From: Chitinophagales bacterium
GTDB lineage: Bacteria > Bacteroidota > Bacteroidia > Chitinophagales > JADIYW01
DNA length: 64,000 nt
Assembly (NCBI GenBank): GCA_023957215.1
Contig: JAMLHH010000006.1
Span: forward strand, 46,244-110,243
Reading direction: 5' to 3'
Shown: positions 29,308 to 38,812 of the stretch, piece after piece
Layout: every line of letters begins with the position of its first letter
Position numbering within the stretch: the first letter of the stretch is position 1
The notes under the pieces: model-generated
The model's database searches: none
The model's input: the letters and a program-made list of their open reading frames with translations, nothing else
What the model was told of the DNA's origin: nothing
Program-made: the position numbers and the translations under genes

Positions 29308-29315
29308 CAAATATA
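29308..29315 (-). promoter_or_regulatory. -7 promoter box of the cys leader
   Basis: TATATTTG, 4 nt before the leader ATG. Confidence 0.65.
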
Positions 29316-29398
29316 TTTATATTCTTAAAATAGTTATAAATAACAGTTATTTTATAACAAAAATTGACATTAGCTTAAAATAAAACCACTGCCTATGA

Positions 29399-30280
29399 CT
29401 AATTGCGGATATCTTCTCCCCACATGAGTTTGTGTCTAAGCGTATGTATATATGAATTTTCGTGCAATCTGAGCAGTTTGAAAGTAAAAGCTTCTTTTCT
29501 TACAGCGATTTTAAAACTTTCATCTACTTTTTCATATCTTGAATCGATAGAACACAAATAATTATTAGATCTTGTTTCTACTTCAAAAGACAGAATGGAA
29601 GTGTCGGGAACGACTAAAGGGCGGGCATTCAAATTGTGTGGCGCAACAGGTGTCAAGACAAAAGCATTGGCTATCGGCATGATAATCGGCCCGTTACAGC
29701 TTAATGAATAGGCAGTAGAACCGGTAGGGGTGGCAACGATAAGGCCATCTGCCCAAAATGAATTGAGAAACTCACCATTTAGATAAGTATGTACGACTAT
29801 CATAGAAGAAGTATCTGTCTTATGAAGTGTTACTTCATTGAGCCCAAAGTTTAAATCACCGAAAATTCCATTATCCGATGCATCTACATGCAACAAGACT
29901 CTTTCTTCAATGTCATAAATGTGGTTGTGAATTGCATGGATGAGATTGTCCGTTTTTTCTTTTTGAATATCCGCCAAAAATCCCAAGCGTCCATCATTGA
30001 TAGCTGCCACAGGAATATTACTGTCTCTGATAAATTTGACACAATCGAGTATCGTGCCGTCTCCACCGATAGAGATTAGTATATCAGCTTGATGATGTAA
30101 ATCTTCATGTGTGTTAAAAAGTGAAAGAGGTGGAATATCTTTGACAATGTCCTTAAATGAATGATAATAAGGTTCATATACGACAAGTTGATATCCAAGA
30201 TGATATAACTTATTTAAGAGTTCAGGCAAATAGGGTAAATGCGACTCTTTGAAAACCCTGCTATATATTGCAATATTCAT
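29399..30280 (-). CDS. nadK: NAD kinase
   Basis: GGDGT, GRLGFL, NE, DGLIVATPTGSTAYSLS. Confidence 0.95.
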   Translation of the reverse strand: MNIAIYSRVFKESHLPYLPELLNKLYHLGYQLVVYEPYYHSFKDIVKDIPPLSLFNTHEDLHHQADILISIGGDGTILDCVKFIRDSNIPVAAINDGRLGFLADIQKEKTDNLIHAIHNHIYDIEERVLLHVDASDNGIFGDLNFGLNEVTLHKTDTSSMIVVHTYLNGEFLNSFWADGLIVATPTGSTAYSLSCNGPIIMPIANAFVLTPVAPHNLNARPLVVPDTSILSFEVETRSNNYLCSIDSRYEKVDESFKIAVRKEAFTFKLLRLHENSYIHTLRHKLMWGEDIRN

Positions 30281-30371
30281 TTTATTAAAAATAAGTATAA
30301 AGTTAATGATAATTGACTAATTCTCTTATGAATAGCCAAGAGATGTGTTACAAAGATATTCCGGACTGTAA

Positions 30372-31877
30372 TCAAAAAGGCAAATCCAAATGGAAAAACA
30401 AGCCTTTTTCACCTTTTCGGTTGACTGCGTATTCAAAACGAAGTAGCTTGTCATAAAGCATCAATACGTCAATACCCACACCTCCGCCATACATCCACTT
30501 ATTACGCAAAGGATTGTCTAAGGTGAAAAAACGGTCTTTTACATAACCTGCATCCAAAAAAGCTTTCACATAAAAGCTGAAAGGGAAACTTTGATTCATT
30601 TGGTCTAACTTTCTTTGAGATTTGGGTTTAAAAGCAAAATTTGCAAAATTATATCTGTATTCATTTTTCGTCAAAACATAGCTTTGCCCATCTACGACAT
30701 AAAGTTCATATCCTCTGACTATGTCTTCATCATAACCCAATCCACTTTGTATATCATAAGGTTGTTTGTAAGGGAAAGAACCTTTCACTTTTAGATAGGA
30801 AGCAGTAGAATGTTTATTTTTTTTGTCCAAAGTAAAAAAAACCGAACCTGAAAGAGTGGCGGCGGTCATGTCGATATCCTTCTGAAGTTTTAATCCGTAA
30901 TTAGTCAGAGAACCTTTTATCTCATAGCCTTCGGTCGGATATGCTTTCAATATTCTTTTATCAATGTCAAATCTATATTCTAAGGAAAAAACAGATTGTG
31001 TATTTTTCTTCTTTAAAAAGTAATCTTGATTCAAATTAGAAACTTCTTTGTCTATCCACCTAAATGCGTATCTCGCTTCTATAAAATGCCTGATGTATTT
31101 ATTCTTATTGATAATCAGTGTAGGAGCAAAGTCTATTACCTTTTTCATAAGTCTGTCTCTATAAACAAACTGTAATTTATCGTGTATCGTGTTATAAGCC
31201 ATCCTTCGACTCCGCATCATTTGCAATTCTACTATCAGACCAAGTCTGTCATTTTTGGTGAGATATGGAATATGATAATGCACTCCGAAAAGTTGGGCAA
31301 AACCCAAGCTCGCAGATACACCTATGGTTTCATTCCTACCACGGAAGTTAGACCAATTGACCAAAGCACCATATTGAATCCTATTTAAACTCCTTTTGTG
31401 ATCTATCCACCATTCGTTAAAGTTTCTGTCTGCCAATTGAAAAATAGGAATGGGAATGATATACCATTTCTCTATGACAAAAATAAACAAGTCTAAACCT
31501 TCATCATCCCAATTTTTGATATTGACTAATACATTGGTGAAAAGTTTGGTGTTGATTAAATCTCTTTGAATACGTGCCAAAGTTTTAGCCATATTTTCAA
31601 CAGGCAAAGAGTCTCCGACTTTATATCCGGTTTCTCTATAAAAGACAAACCCTTTCGTTTTTCTGTTCCCAATAATACTGATCTGTTTGATTTTTACTTT
31701 TGTAGTGGTTGGCGTAGTTGTCAGATTGCTATCTGTCGTAAATTTACTACTATCCGTCTGTAAAAGAAGACTGTCGGAAGCAGATACTTTATCAGACATT
31801 AATTCTCCTTGTGCTTTTAGGGTACTAAAAGAGAAAAGTACAATCAAATTTATAATCAATACTTTATAAAGGGTCAA
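30372..31877 (-). CDS. Omp85 (BamA/TamA-like) outer membrane protein with one POTRA domain
   Basis: IIGNRKTK POTRA, NFRGRNE, VRGYE, C-terminal FHLDLPF. Confidence 0.82.
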   Translation of the reverse strand: MTLYKVLIINLIVLFSFSTLKAQGELMSDKVSASDSLLLQTDSSKFTTDSNLTTTPTTTKVKIKQISIIGNRKTKGFVFYRETGYKVGDSLPVENMAKTLARIQRDLINTKLFTNVLVNIKNWDDEGLDLFIFVIEKWYIIPIPIFQLADRNFNEWWIDHKRSLNRIQYGALVNWSNFRGRNETIGVSASLGFAQLFGVHYHIPYLTKNDRLGLIVELQMMRSRRMAYNTIHDKLQFVYRDRLMKKVIDFAPTLIINKNKYIRHFIEARYAFRWIDKEVSNLNQDYFLKKKNTQSVFSLEYRFDIDKRILKAYPTEGYEIKGSLTNYGLKLQKDIDMTAATLSGSVFFTLDKKNKHSTASYLKVKGSFPYKQPYDIQSGLGYDEDIVRGYELYVVDGQSYVLTKNEYRYNFANFAFKPKSQRKLDQMNQSFPFSFYVKAFLDAGYVKDRFFTLDNPLRNKWMYGGGVGIDVLMLYDKLLRFEYAVNRKGEKGLFFHLDLPF

Positions 31878-31957
31878 ACTACCGAGATTTGTATCTTGTG
31901 CAAAGCTATTAATAAAATGATTTTTGCCTTAATGAGCGTTCACTTTTAACTCAATGT

Positions 31958-32617
31958 TTATATATTGAGATACATCATCAAGGATTCATACCTTTCCTGA
32001 TAATCGTTTTCAAGGTTGGCAGATTGAAAAACTGCCATAATTTGATATTCAAAACGCTCAAAAGTGGCTATTACTTCTTTTAAGTCGTCTTTGTCTATAC
32101 TCAACGACACAATCATATTTTCAGGGTGATTCGCTTCTGACGTGAAAACTTGTAAAATATTGGCGTGGTTACTTTCCACTAATCTTGATAGCTCTGTCAG
32201 AGAGTAGTCTATAATTTTAATCTCCATGACTATGATACCCCCGGCTTCCTGAATATATTTATTTTGACTTAGAAAATAAACGATAGACTGACTTGAAATA
32301 CAGCCTATATATTGTCCGTTCATATCTATTACCGGACAAATAGATAAATCCTTTAGGTTTTTATTTTTTAAGATATTAAAAATATGTTCATCAAAACTGA
32401 CCGGAATCACAGGGATGATATAATTCTCGATAAAATCGTTTTCATTATAAGCATCCAAAAGTTGAGCTTCTTTGACGATACCTACTAACTTATTTTCGGA
32501 ATCTACAACGGGTAGTACATACAACAAATCTCTATGTATAACATTCAATACATCATATACTGTCTGATGTATTTTGACATTGGGTATGAGTTGATCTAAA
32601 AGTAAGTTTGCAAACAT
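31958..32617 (-). CDS. CBS domain protein (AcuB-like)
   Basis: LPVVD...LVGIV CBS pair; DYSLTELSRLVES; RYESLMMYLNI. Confidence 0.85.
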   Translation of the reverse strand: MFANLLLDQLIPNVKIHQTVYDVLNVIHRDLLYVLPVVDSENKLVGIVKEAQLLDAYNENDFIENYIIPVIPVSFDEHIFNILKNKNLKDLSICPVIDMNGQYIGCISSQSIVYFLSQNKYIQEAGGIIVMEIKIIDYSLTELSRLVESNHANILQVFTSEANHPENMIVSLSIDKDDLKEVIATFERFEYQIMAVFQSANLENDYQERYESLMMYLNI

Positions 32618-32785
32618 ATTTAGCCTTTTTTAAATAAAATGCAATGACAAAAATTTGGTTTATCACACATTTTTATGAAATATAGTAAAAACTACGTGAA
32701 TATTACAAATATATTGTGCGCTTTGTAACAAAATATAGCTATTGAGTACTGCTATACGGGAGTTTCTATGATGTTTTGCCGGTTT

Positions 32786-33322
32786 CTAACCAAAGTTTTT
32801 CCACATCATCGACTCTTGTGGCATAGGACTTCGTTCTATATATTTGGCATTGGCTTTTTTGTTATAAAAGTTTTTGATACTACCTTCTACTACAAAATAA
32901 ATCAATTGACCAACGGGCATTCCTGCATACACTCTGACAGGTTTAATACAAGAAATTTCTAAAGTCCAATGATTACAGAAACCCACATCACCTTTACCGG
33001 CGGTGGCGTGAATATCAATACCCAGACGACCGATAGAAGATTTACCTTCCAAAAAAGGAACATGCGCATGAGATTCCGTATATTCTAATGTTGAACCCAA
33101 ATAAAGTGTACCCGGCTGTATGACAAAACCTTCTTCCGGAATTTCAAATCTTTCAATGTGATTGCTTTTCTTAGCATCTAAAATTTCCTCTGTATAAACA
33201 GCTAAATGTTTACTCAAGTGTACATCGTAAGAGTTGGTTCCCAAAGCCTTGATGTCAAACGGTTCTATAACGATATTTCCTATTTCTATTTCTTCTAAAA
33301 TACTTTTGTCGGTGAGTATCAT
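32786..33322 (-). CDS. dcd: dCTP deaminase
   Basis: NSYDVHL, EGKSSIGRLG, GDVGF, WTLEI. Confidence 0.93.
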   Translation of the reverse strand: MILTDKSILEEIEIGNIVIEPFDIKALGTNSYDVHLSKHLAVYTEEILDAKKSNHIERFEIPEEGFVIQPGTLYLGSTLEYTESHAHVPFLEGKSSIGRLGIDIHATAGKGDVGFCNHWTLEISCIKPVRVYAGMPVGQLIYFVVEGSIKNFYNKKANAKYIERSPMPQESMMWKNFG

Positions 33323-33395
33323 CTATGATTTTTTTGCTAAAGTAATTAAATGGAATGAATAATTAGGAGTTGCAAGATGATAGATGCAATAGAAA

Positions 33396-33434
33396 GTAAA
33401 CTTTTCCTTCGGGTGTTTTAGTCTTTTGAATTTT
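33396..33434. repeat. Direct repeat copy 1 (matches 36483-36521)
   Basis: 34 of 39 nt identical to copy 2. Confidence 0.8.
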
Positions 33435-33879
33435 ATTAGTACCACTTTGAGATGTTCACCAAAATTTAGATGACATGTCTTAGTACAAAAAGCCAAATAG
33501 CCACAATGGGATATGATTGTTAAAACCATATTCGATGTTATCCAATGCTAAGTAGGCATTTTTTATACCTGATATCTGTTTTTCTCCTTTATTTTGCCCC
33601 CCAATTTCAAAGGTGTATTTATCATCAATGCGAAAGTCGGCTTTCTTTGATAATTCTACGGGGTGCTTGTGTTTGAGTTGATTGGCAAAAAAGATTTCTC
33701 TCACATTGCCTATATCTACTTTTTCTCCTCGTAATGCATACATTAAATTAGAGTTTTCTAAAAATATTTTATCTGGCTTCTGCAATCTTGTCACTCCTTT
33801 CACGTTTTGATATGCTTCAAAAATGAGTTGTGCCTCATGCATGTTAAAAAGATAAGTCAATAAAGTTTCTCTATTAATA

Positions 33880-35435
33880 CCTAAATTCCGCAAGCGTTAT
33901 TCACAATAACCTCTTGAAAGCTTCATAAATAAAGGCTTGCAGAAGCTGCAAGCCTTCCAATGTTTTTCACTACTTTAGTGATATGTACAAAACATCGAAT
34001 TCAAATATAAGTTCTTTTGGCGGAATAGCAATGATTCACCACCTGTTTCTAAGCATGGAGTTGCAGATTTCATAAATAACGAGCTGGGTAGCAGAGGCAT
34101 ACAGGCAAAATACGATTATTCTGATATCCTGTTAAGCTCAATCTACACAACATTTTGTGGTGGGAGTGCAACCGAAGATGTTAACTACATTCGAGAAAAC
34201 ACACTTAATCATCTGAAAGGAATCGAAATTCCATCAGCAGATACAATTCTAAGAGCAAATAAAGAATTGTCTGTTGATTGTGATTTTCTACAAACCGATA
34301 CAGGTAAAGAGAATAAAGTCAATATCAACACTCGTATGAATCGCTTTTTATTGCGGGCAATCGAATTTAAACAGATTGACTCCTCCAGATAAGACGCAGT
34401 AACCCATGATTATGACAACCAATTCCTCCGGCTGAAAAATACGATGCAACCTACAGTTATAAAGGGGCACGAGGATATTTCTCTGGTGTTGCAACCATCG
34501 GGAATGTTCCCTTTTCGATTGAAGGCAGAAATGGAAACTGCAACGTGAAGACCGAGCAACTTGCTACTCATAAAAGGAATATTGAGTTATTAAAAGCAGA
34601 AGGTATCCATCCACAAAGAGCACGGATGGACAGTGGTTCTTACATCAAAGAAGTAACCGATTTTTTCCATCAGATGGGTACTCACTTTTTCATCAGAGCC
34701 AATCAATCTGAAAATCTCTTGTCTGCAATTTCTAAATTAGAAAATTGGAATAGCTGTACGATTGGAATTGAAAACTATCAAACCAATAGTATGGGATATA
34801 ACTTCGGAAAGCATGCCCATCGTATAATTGCTTATAGGCAACCCAATTCTACAGAACGGAAACCAATACTTTTACTGGTGATAACACAGTTATCTATTCA
34901 TCATCACCAATGACTGGGCGATTTCTGAACGAGACGCCATCATTTTCTACAATAAAGAGAAAGGGCAGTGAACGTGTGTTTGACATTTCAAAACAATGAC
35001 TTCAACTGGAAATACATGCCTCATAGTGACTTAGGTATAATACCGTTTACCTAATCATTATGGCTTTTTGCTATAACCTTTATCGGTTCATTATAAACTC
35101 ATTTGTTGGTCTGGTAGGGGATAGATACTTCTTCAAGGTTAAAGAAGTTTATTTTTAGAGTCATTTGTATTCCTCTTAAAATAGTCAAAACTGGCGAAGA
35201 ACTTACTACAAGTTTGCCACTAAAAACGAGAAACTGATTGAAATGATTAACTCGGCAATAAATGATTTAATCTAAACAAAAGCTCTCCTGATTAGCTTAT
35301 CGACAGAACTGGGTAGGGGAAGTTGTGTTCAAAATTGATTTTAGGATACCAAGCCCATACCAAACCTACTCGCAGGGTAAAAACCTACTTGTAAAATAAA
35401 TCAGCTAACCAAAAATTAGTCGTGCGGAATTTAGG
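33880..35435 (+). mobile_element. IS1380-family insertion sequence, 1556 bp
   Basis: 13-bp terminal inverted repeats CCTAAATTCCGCA / TGCGGAATTTAGG; AATA on both flanks; transposase fragments inside. Confidence 0.88.
33983..35274 (+). pseudogene. IS1380-family DDE transposase, multiply frameshifted (3' end approximate)
   Basis: ISSFGGI, YSDIL, IPSADTILR, SYKGARGY, EGRNGN, RMDSGS, FFIRA and NDFNW found in shifting frames. Confidence 0.82.
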
Positions 35436-36197
35436 AATAATATAAAGTAGCTGTTTTAATTTTACTACATAAGCAGGCTGAATTTTGCGCAATAATGGTA
35501 GCTCAACCTCCAGGATAGTATTGACAACTTCTTGTAATTGAGTGTAGTAAAGCCTATTGTTTTCTTTAAAAATAGGGTAGTATCCTTTGGTGAGATACTT
35601 TTCGAAATATTTTAAAGGCTTTATTTCTTTTAGAATGTTTTGTGAAATCTCTAAATGATTACTTAGAATGTCTTTCAATGTATAAATCTGGAAATCAGTG
35701 CCAGTTACTAAATTTAAGTATTCACGAAAAGAAAGTCCTTGCATTTCATACATTACTGCACGGCGGCTTAAATCTGCTCTTGAATTTAATATTTCAAGTA
35801 AAGAAGACCCTGTAAAAACAACCTTTAATTCCGGATAGTCGTCATAGATGTTTTTGATTTCGATTGACCAGTCTGGATATTTGTGTACTTCATCGAGAAA
35901 TAGATATTTACCACCGTGTTTTACAAATTGATCTACAAGCATAACTAAACGGTTGTCGCTAAACCATATATCATCCAAACTTACATAAAGTACAGTGTTT
36001 AATTCTTTTGATAAATTTTGCTTAATGTATTGCAACATTAATGTTGTTTTTCCAATGCCTCTTGGACCTCTAATTCCAATTAATTGTGTATCCCAATCAA
36101 AATCAGAAATGCAACTACGGACAAAGTCCATATTCATTCGTGCTACTTTTCGTTATGATTTTTCAATTAAGCTTAACATAACGAGTTTCTTTTTTTA

Positions 36198-36205
36198 CAA
36201 AGATA
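36198..36205 (-). promoter_or_regulatory. -7 promoter box of the AAA ATPase gene
   Basis: TATCTTTG about 18 nt before the ATG at 36179. Confidence 0.6.
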
Positions 36206-36210
36206 TTAAA

Positions 36211-36297
36211 ATTGTACGATGTAACCAACAATTTGCGTATTAAATTGCACGATTCAACCAACAAAATAATGTTTATATTGTACGGTGTGGTCAACAA
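36211..36297. repeat. Three 21-bp direct repeats at exact 33-bp spacing (operator-like)
   Basis: ATTGTACGATGTAACCAACAA (36211), ATTGCACGATTCAACCAACAA (36244), ATTGTACGGTGTGGTCAACAA (36277). Confidence 0.82.
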
Positions 36298-36482
36298 AAT
36301 TGGATTATGAAGATTGGAAAAACATCAAATTATTGACAAAATGTAGGATATAACGCTCTTTCAATTATGCAATATGAGTGGCTTGTAGTGCAGATATTTA
36401 TTCTAACTTTGATTTGACTTTATAGATAAGATGGTATTAAAAATTCTTTTGAACATACAGTGTTTAATGATTACTTACTATA

Positions 36483-36521
36483 ATAGACTTTTCCTTCTGG
36501 TGTCTTTGTCTTTTGAATTTT
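36483..36521. repeat. Direct repeat copy 2 (matches 33396-33434)
   Basis: 34 of 39 nt identical to copy 1. Confidence 0.8.
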
Positions 36522-36652
36522 AAGTAAACGCTGTAATAATGGTGTCGTTTGATGAAATGTATAAAACCGCATTTATATGATTTCATTCCTTGTTTAAAAT
36601 TTTAAATCAAGTTGATTGCTGAAATATCCCAAGCAATCTTTATTTTTGTGAC

Positions 36653-37739
36653 ATGATTACAAACGAACAAAGTCGGCTATTGACCGAGAGGGTGCATACC
36701 CTGAGGAGGTATCTTTGACTACGATAACAAAGTAGAAATTATCAAAGATGAAGAAGCGAGAACTTTAGACCCTGATTTTTGGAATAATCAGTTAGAGGCG
36801 CAGAAATTACTCAAAAGTATCAAGTCAAATAAATATTGGGTAAATCTTTATAAAAAAGTAGAAGGTCAACTCGAAGAGTTTTCTATTATCAGAGAGTTTC
36901 AGAAATTAGGAGAAGCTGATGATAATGATGTAGAAAAGGAGTACCACAAAACCTTGGAATTGGTGGATGATTTGGAGTTTAAATCCACACTCAATGGCGA
37001 AGAAGATGCTTTGAATGCTATTGTAGAGATTAATTCCGGTGCAGGTGGTACAGAAAGTTGTGATTGGGCAAATATGTTGCTCAGAATGTATCAAATGTGG
37101 GGAACACATAAAGGTTTTAAAGTCAAACTAATAGACCAGCAAGACGGAGATGTCGCAGGTATCAAATCGGCTTCTTTAGAGATTGAAGGCGATTTTGTCT
37201 ATGGTCTTTTGAAAGGGGAAAACGGGGTACACCGTTTGGTGAGAATATCTCCTTTTGATTCAGGAGCGAGGCGTCACACATCTTTTGCATCCGTCTTTGT
37301 ATATCCGGTAGTAGATGATTCCATTGAGATAGAAATCAACCCGTCAGATTTGGAATGGGATGTATTTCGTGCAAGTGGGGCAGGTGGTCAGCATGTCAAT
37401 AGAACGGAGTCTGCCGTCCGTTGTCGTCACTTACCAAGTGGAATTGTCGTAGAATGCCAACAAGAACGTTCTCAAATCCAAAATAGGGAAATTGCATTAC
37501 AGATGCTGAAATCTAAGTTGTATGAATTAGAAGTTCGTAAAAGAAACGAAGCCAAAGCGGAAGTCGAAGGAAGTAAAATGAGAGTGGAATGGGGTTCACA
37601 AATTCGAAATTATGTCTTACATCCTTACAAACTTGTCAAGGACAACCGTACAAACTTTGAGAGCAATCAGCCGGACGATGTCCTAGATGGAAATCTGGAC
37701 GACTTCTTGAAAGCATTTTTGATGTACAAAGAAGAATAA
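36653..37739 (+). CDS. prfB: Peptide chain release factor 2 with programmed +1 frameshift (about 361 aa)
   Basis: ATG at 36653; AGGAGG-TAT-CTT-TGA-C at 36704-36719; +1 frame continues (DFWNN) into the SPF and GGQ motifs. Confidence 0.96.
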
Positions 37740-37749
37740 GAAGTTAGAC

Positions 37750-38757
37750 TTATAGACTACTTAAAAACTGCATGGTATCCACTCCATCGGCATAGTCGGT
37801 TAATTCCGGTTCTTGTGCGATTCCAAAATCTACATTCCTGTCAAAGTTTTTGAAGTTAACGGCACATTGTATTTCTTCATCGTTTTGTTCTAACCATGTT
37901 TGCACTTCTGCTACATCTTCATAGTAAGCCAAGTTAAGACAAGAAATAGGAGCGGAGATAGCACATTTGTCTGTCATATTGATAAAGTCACAATCTACTA
38001 TCGGTGCGTTATTCATCAGCAAGATGGTTCTTTGATAGTCCAAATTGTTTTTGTAAGAATGATGAAACATGTAGTCTGCAAAAGGTTTCCATGCTTCAAT
38101 GAGTTGGTCAAACTGATATCCTTTTGGCAACCACAGTAAAGACACATTTCTACATCCCAAACCAAAATATTCAAAGACATCTTTTCCCAAAGCAAAAAGT
38201 TGATCATGCGTTTCATTTCCATGCAAAACGGCGACTGCATGTCTATTTTCACGAATGATATGGGGATTTGAACCAAAATAATACTCAAAATACCGACCGC
38301 TGTTATTGCTTCCCGTGGCGATGACGGCATCAATTTCTGACCATCTTTGATCAATGACGATTTTATCTTTCCATTGGGGATGAATGGAAATCAATTTTTG
38401 GAGTAAAAAAGTGGGAAGTACTCTATCTTTTTCTGAAGTTTTCAAAAATAACCTGTGACCGGATATCAAAACGCTTAAAATATCGTGAAAAGAAACCAAT
38501 GGAATATTTCCGGCAGCGATAACTCCAATGTTTTTTACCGAGTCTTGTTTTAAGTTATAGTTAGCAATCCACTGTTGCAATTTTTCTTCATTGAGCATCT
38601 TTTCGGCAATGGCTTGTATAGCTCTTTGGATGTTATCCTTTGTAAACCAATGATTTTTAACGCTTGCAATATGTATGGTATCTGCTAAATTTTCAGGAAA
38701 TTCTATTAAAAAATCTCCTAATATTGTAAAACTTTCTATCCTGTCTTTTATCTCCAT
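37750..38757 (-). CDS. Acyl-CoA reductase (LuxC-like)
   Basis: AGNIPLVSFHD, IATGSNN, YFGLGCRNVS, DYADGVDT. Confidence 0.87.
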   Translation of the reverse strand: MEIKDRIESFTILGDFLIEFPENLADTIHIASVKNHWFTKDNIQRAIQAIAEKMLNEEKLQQWIANYNLKQDSVKNIGVIAAGNIPLVSFHDILSVLISGHRLFLKTSEKDRVLPTFLLQKLISIHPQWKDKIVIDQRWSEIDAVIATGSNNSGRYFEYYFGSNPHIIRENRHAVAVLHGNETHDQLFALGKDVFEYFGLGCRNVSLLWLPKGYQFDQLIEAWKPFADYMFHHSYKNNLDYQRTILLMNNAPIVDCDFINMTDKCAISAPISCLNLAYYEDVAEVQTWLEQNDEEIQCAVNFKNFDRNVDFGIAQEPELTDYADGVDTMQFLSSL

Positions 38758-38779
38758 CAGTTATGTGAATTGAATTTAG

Positions 38780-38804
38780 TATTTTTGCAATCATTACAAA
38801 AGTA
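38780..38804. promoter_or_regulatory. Overlapping bidirectional -7 boxes
   Basis: TATTTTTG (+, 38780-38787), 9 bp, then CAAAAGTA (TACTTTTG on -, 38797-38804). Confidence 0.55.
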
Positions 38805-38812
38805 ATAAGACT

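Larger units (their letters stand above)
33480..36179 (-). pseudogene. AAA+ ATPase with DUF4143 domain, disrupted by an IS and an early nonsense codon
   Basis: ATG at 36179 then TAA at codon 9; Walker A GPRGIGKT, Walker B LFLDEVH, TGSS, LSFREY; C-terminal part KPDKIFLENSNL...FEIGG...IPLWLFGFLY at 33480-33879. Confidence 0.88.

Noticed and set aside
36153-36155. Stop-codon readthrough or recoding at codon 9 of the AAA ATPase
   Set aside because: It is a TAA in a gene already broken by an IS; simple decay explains it
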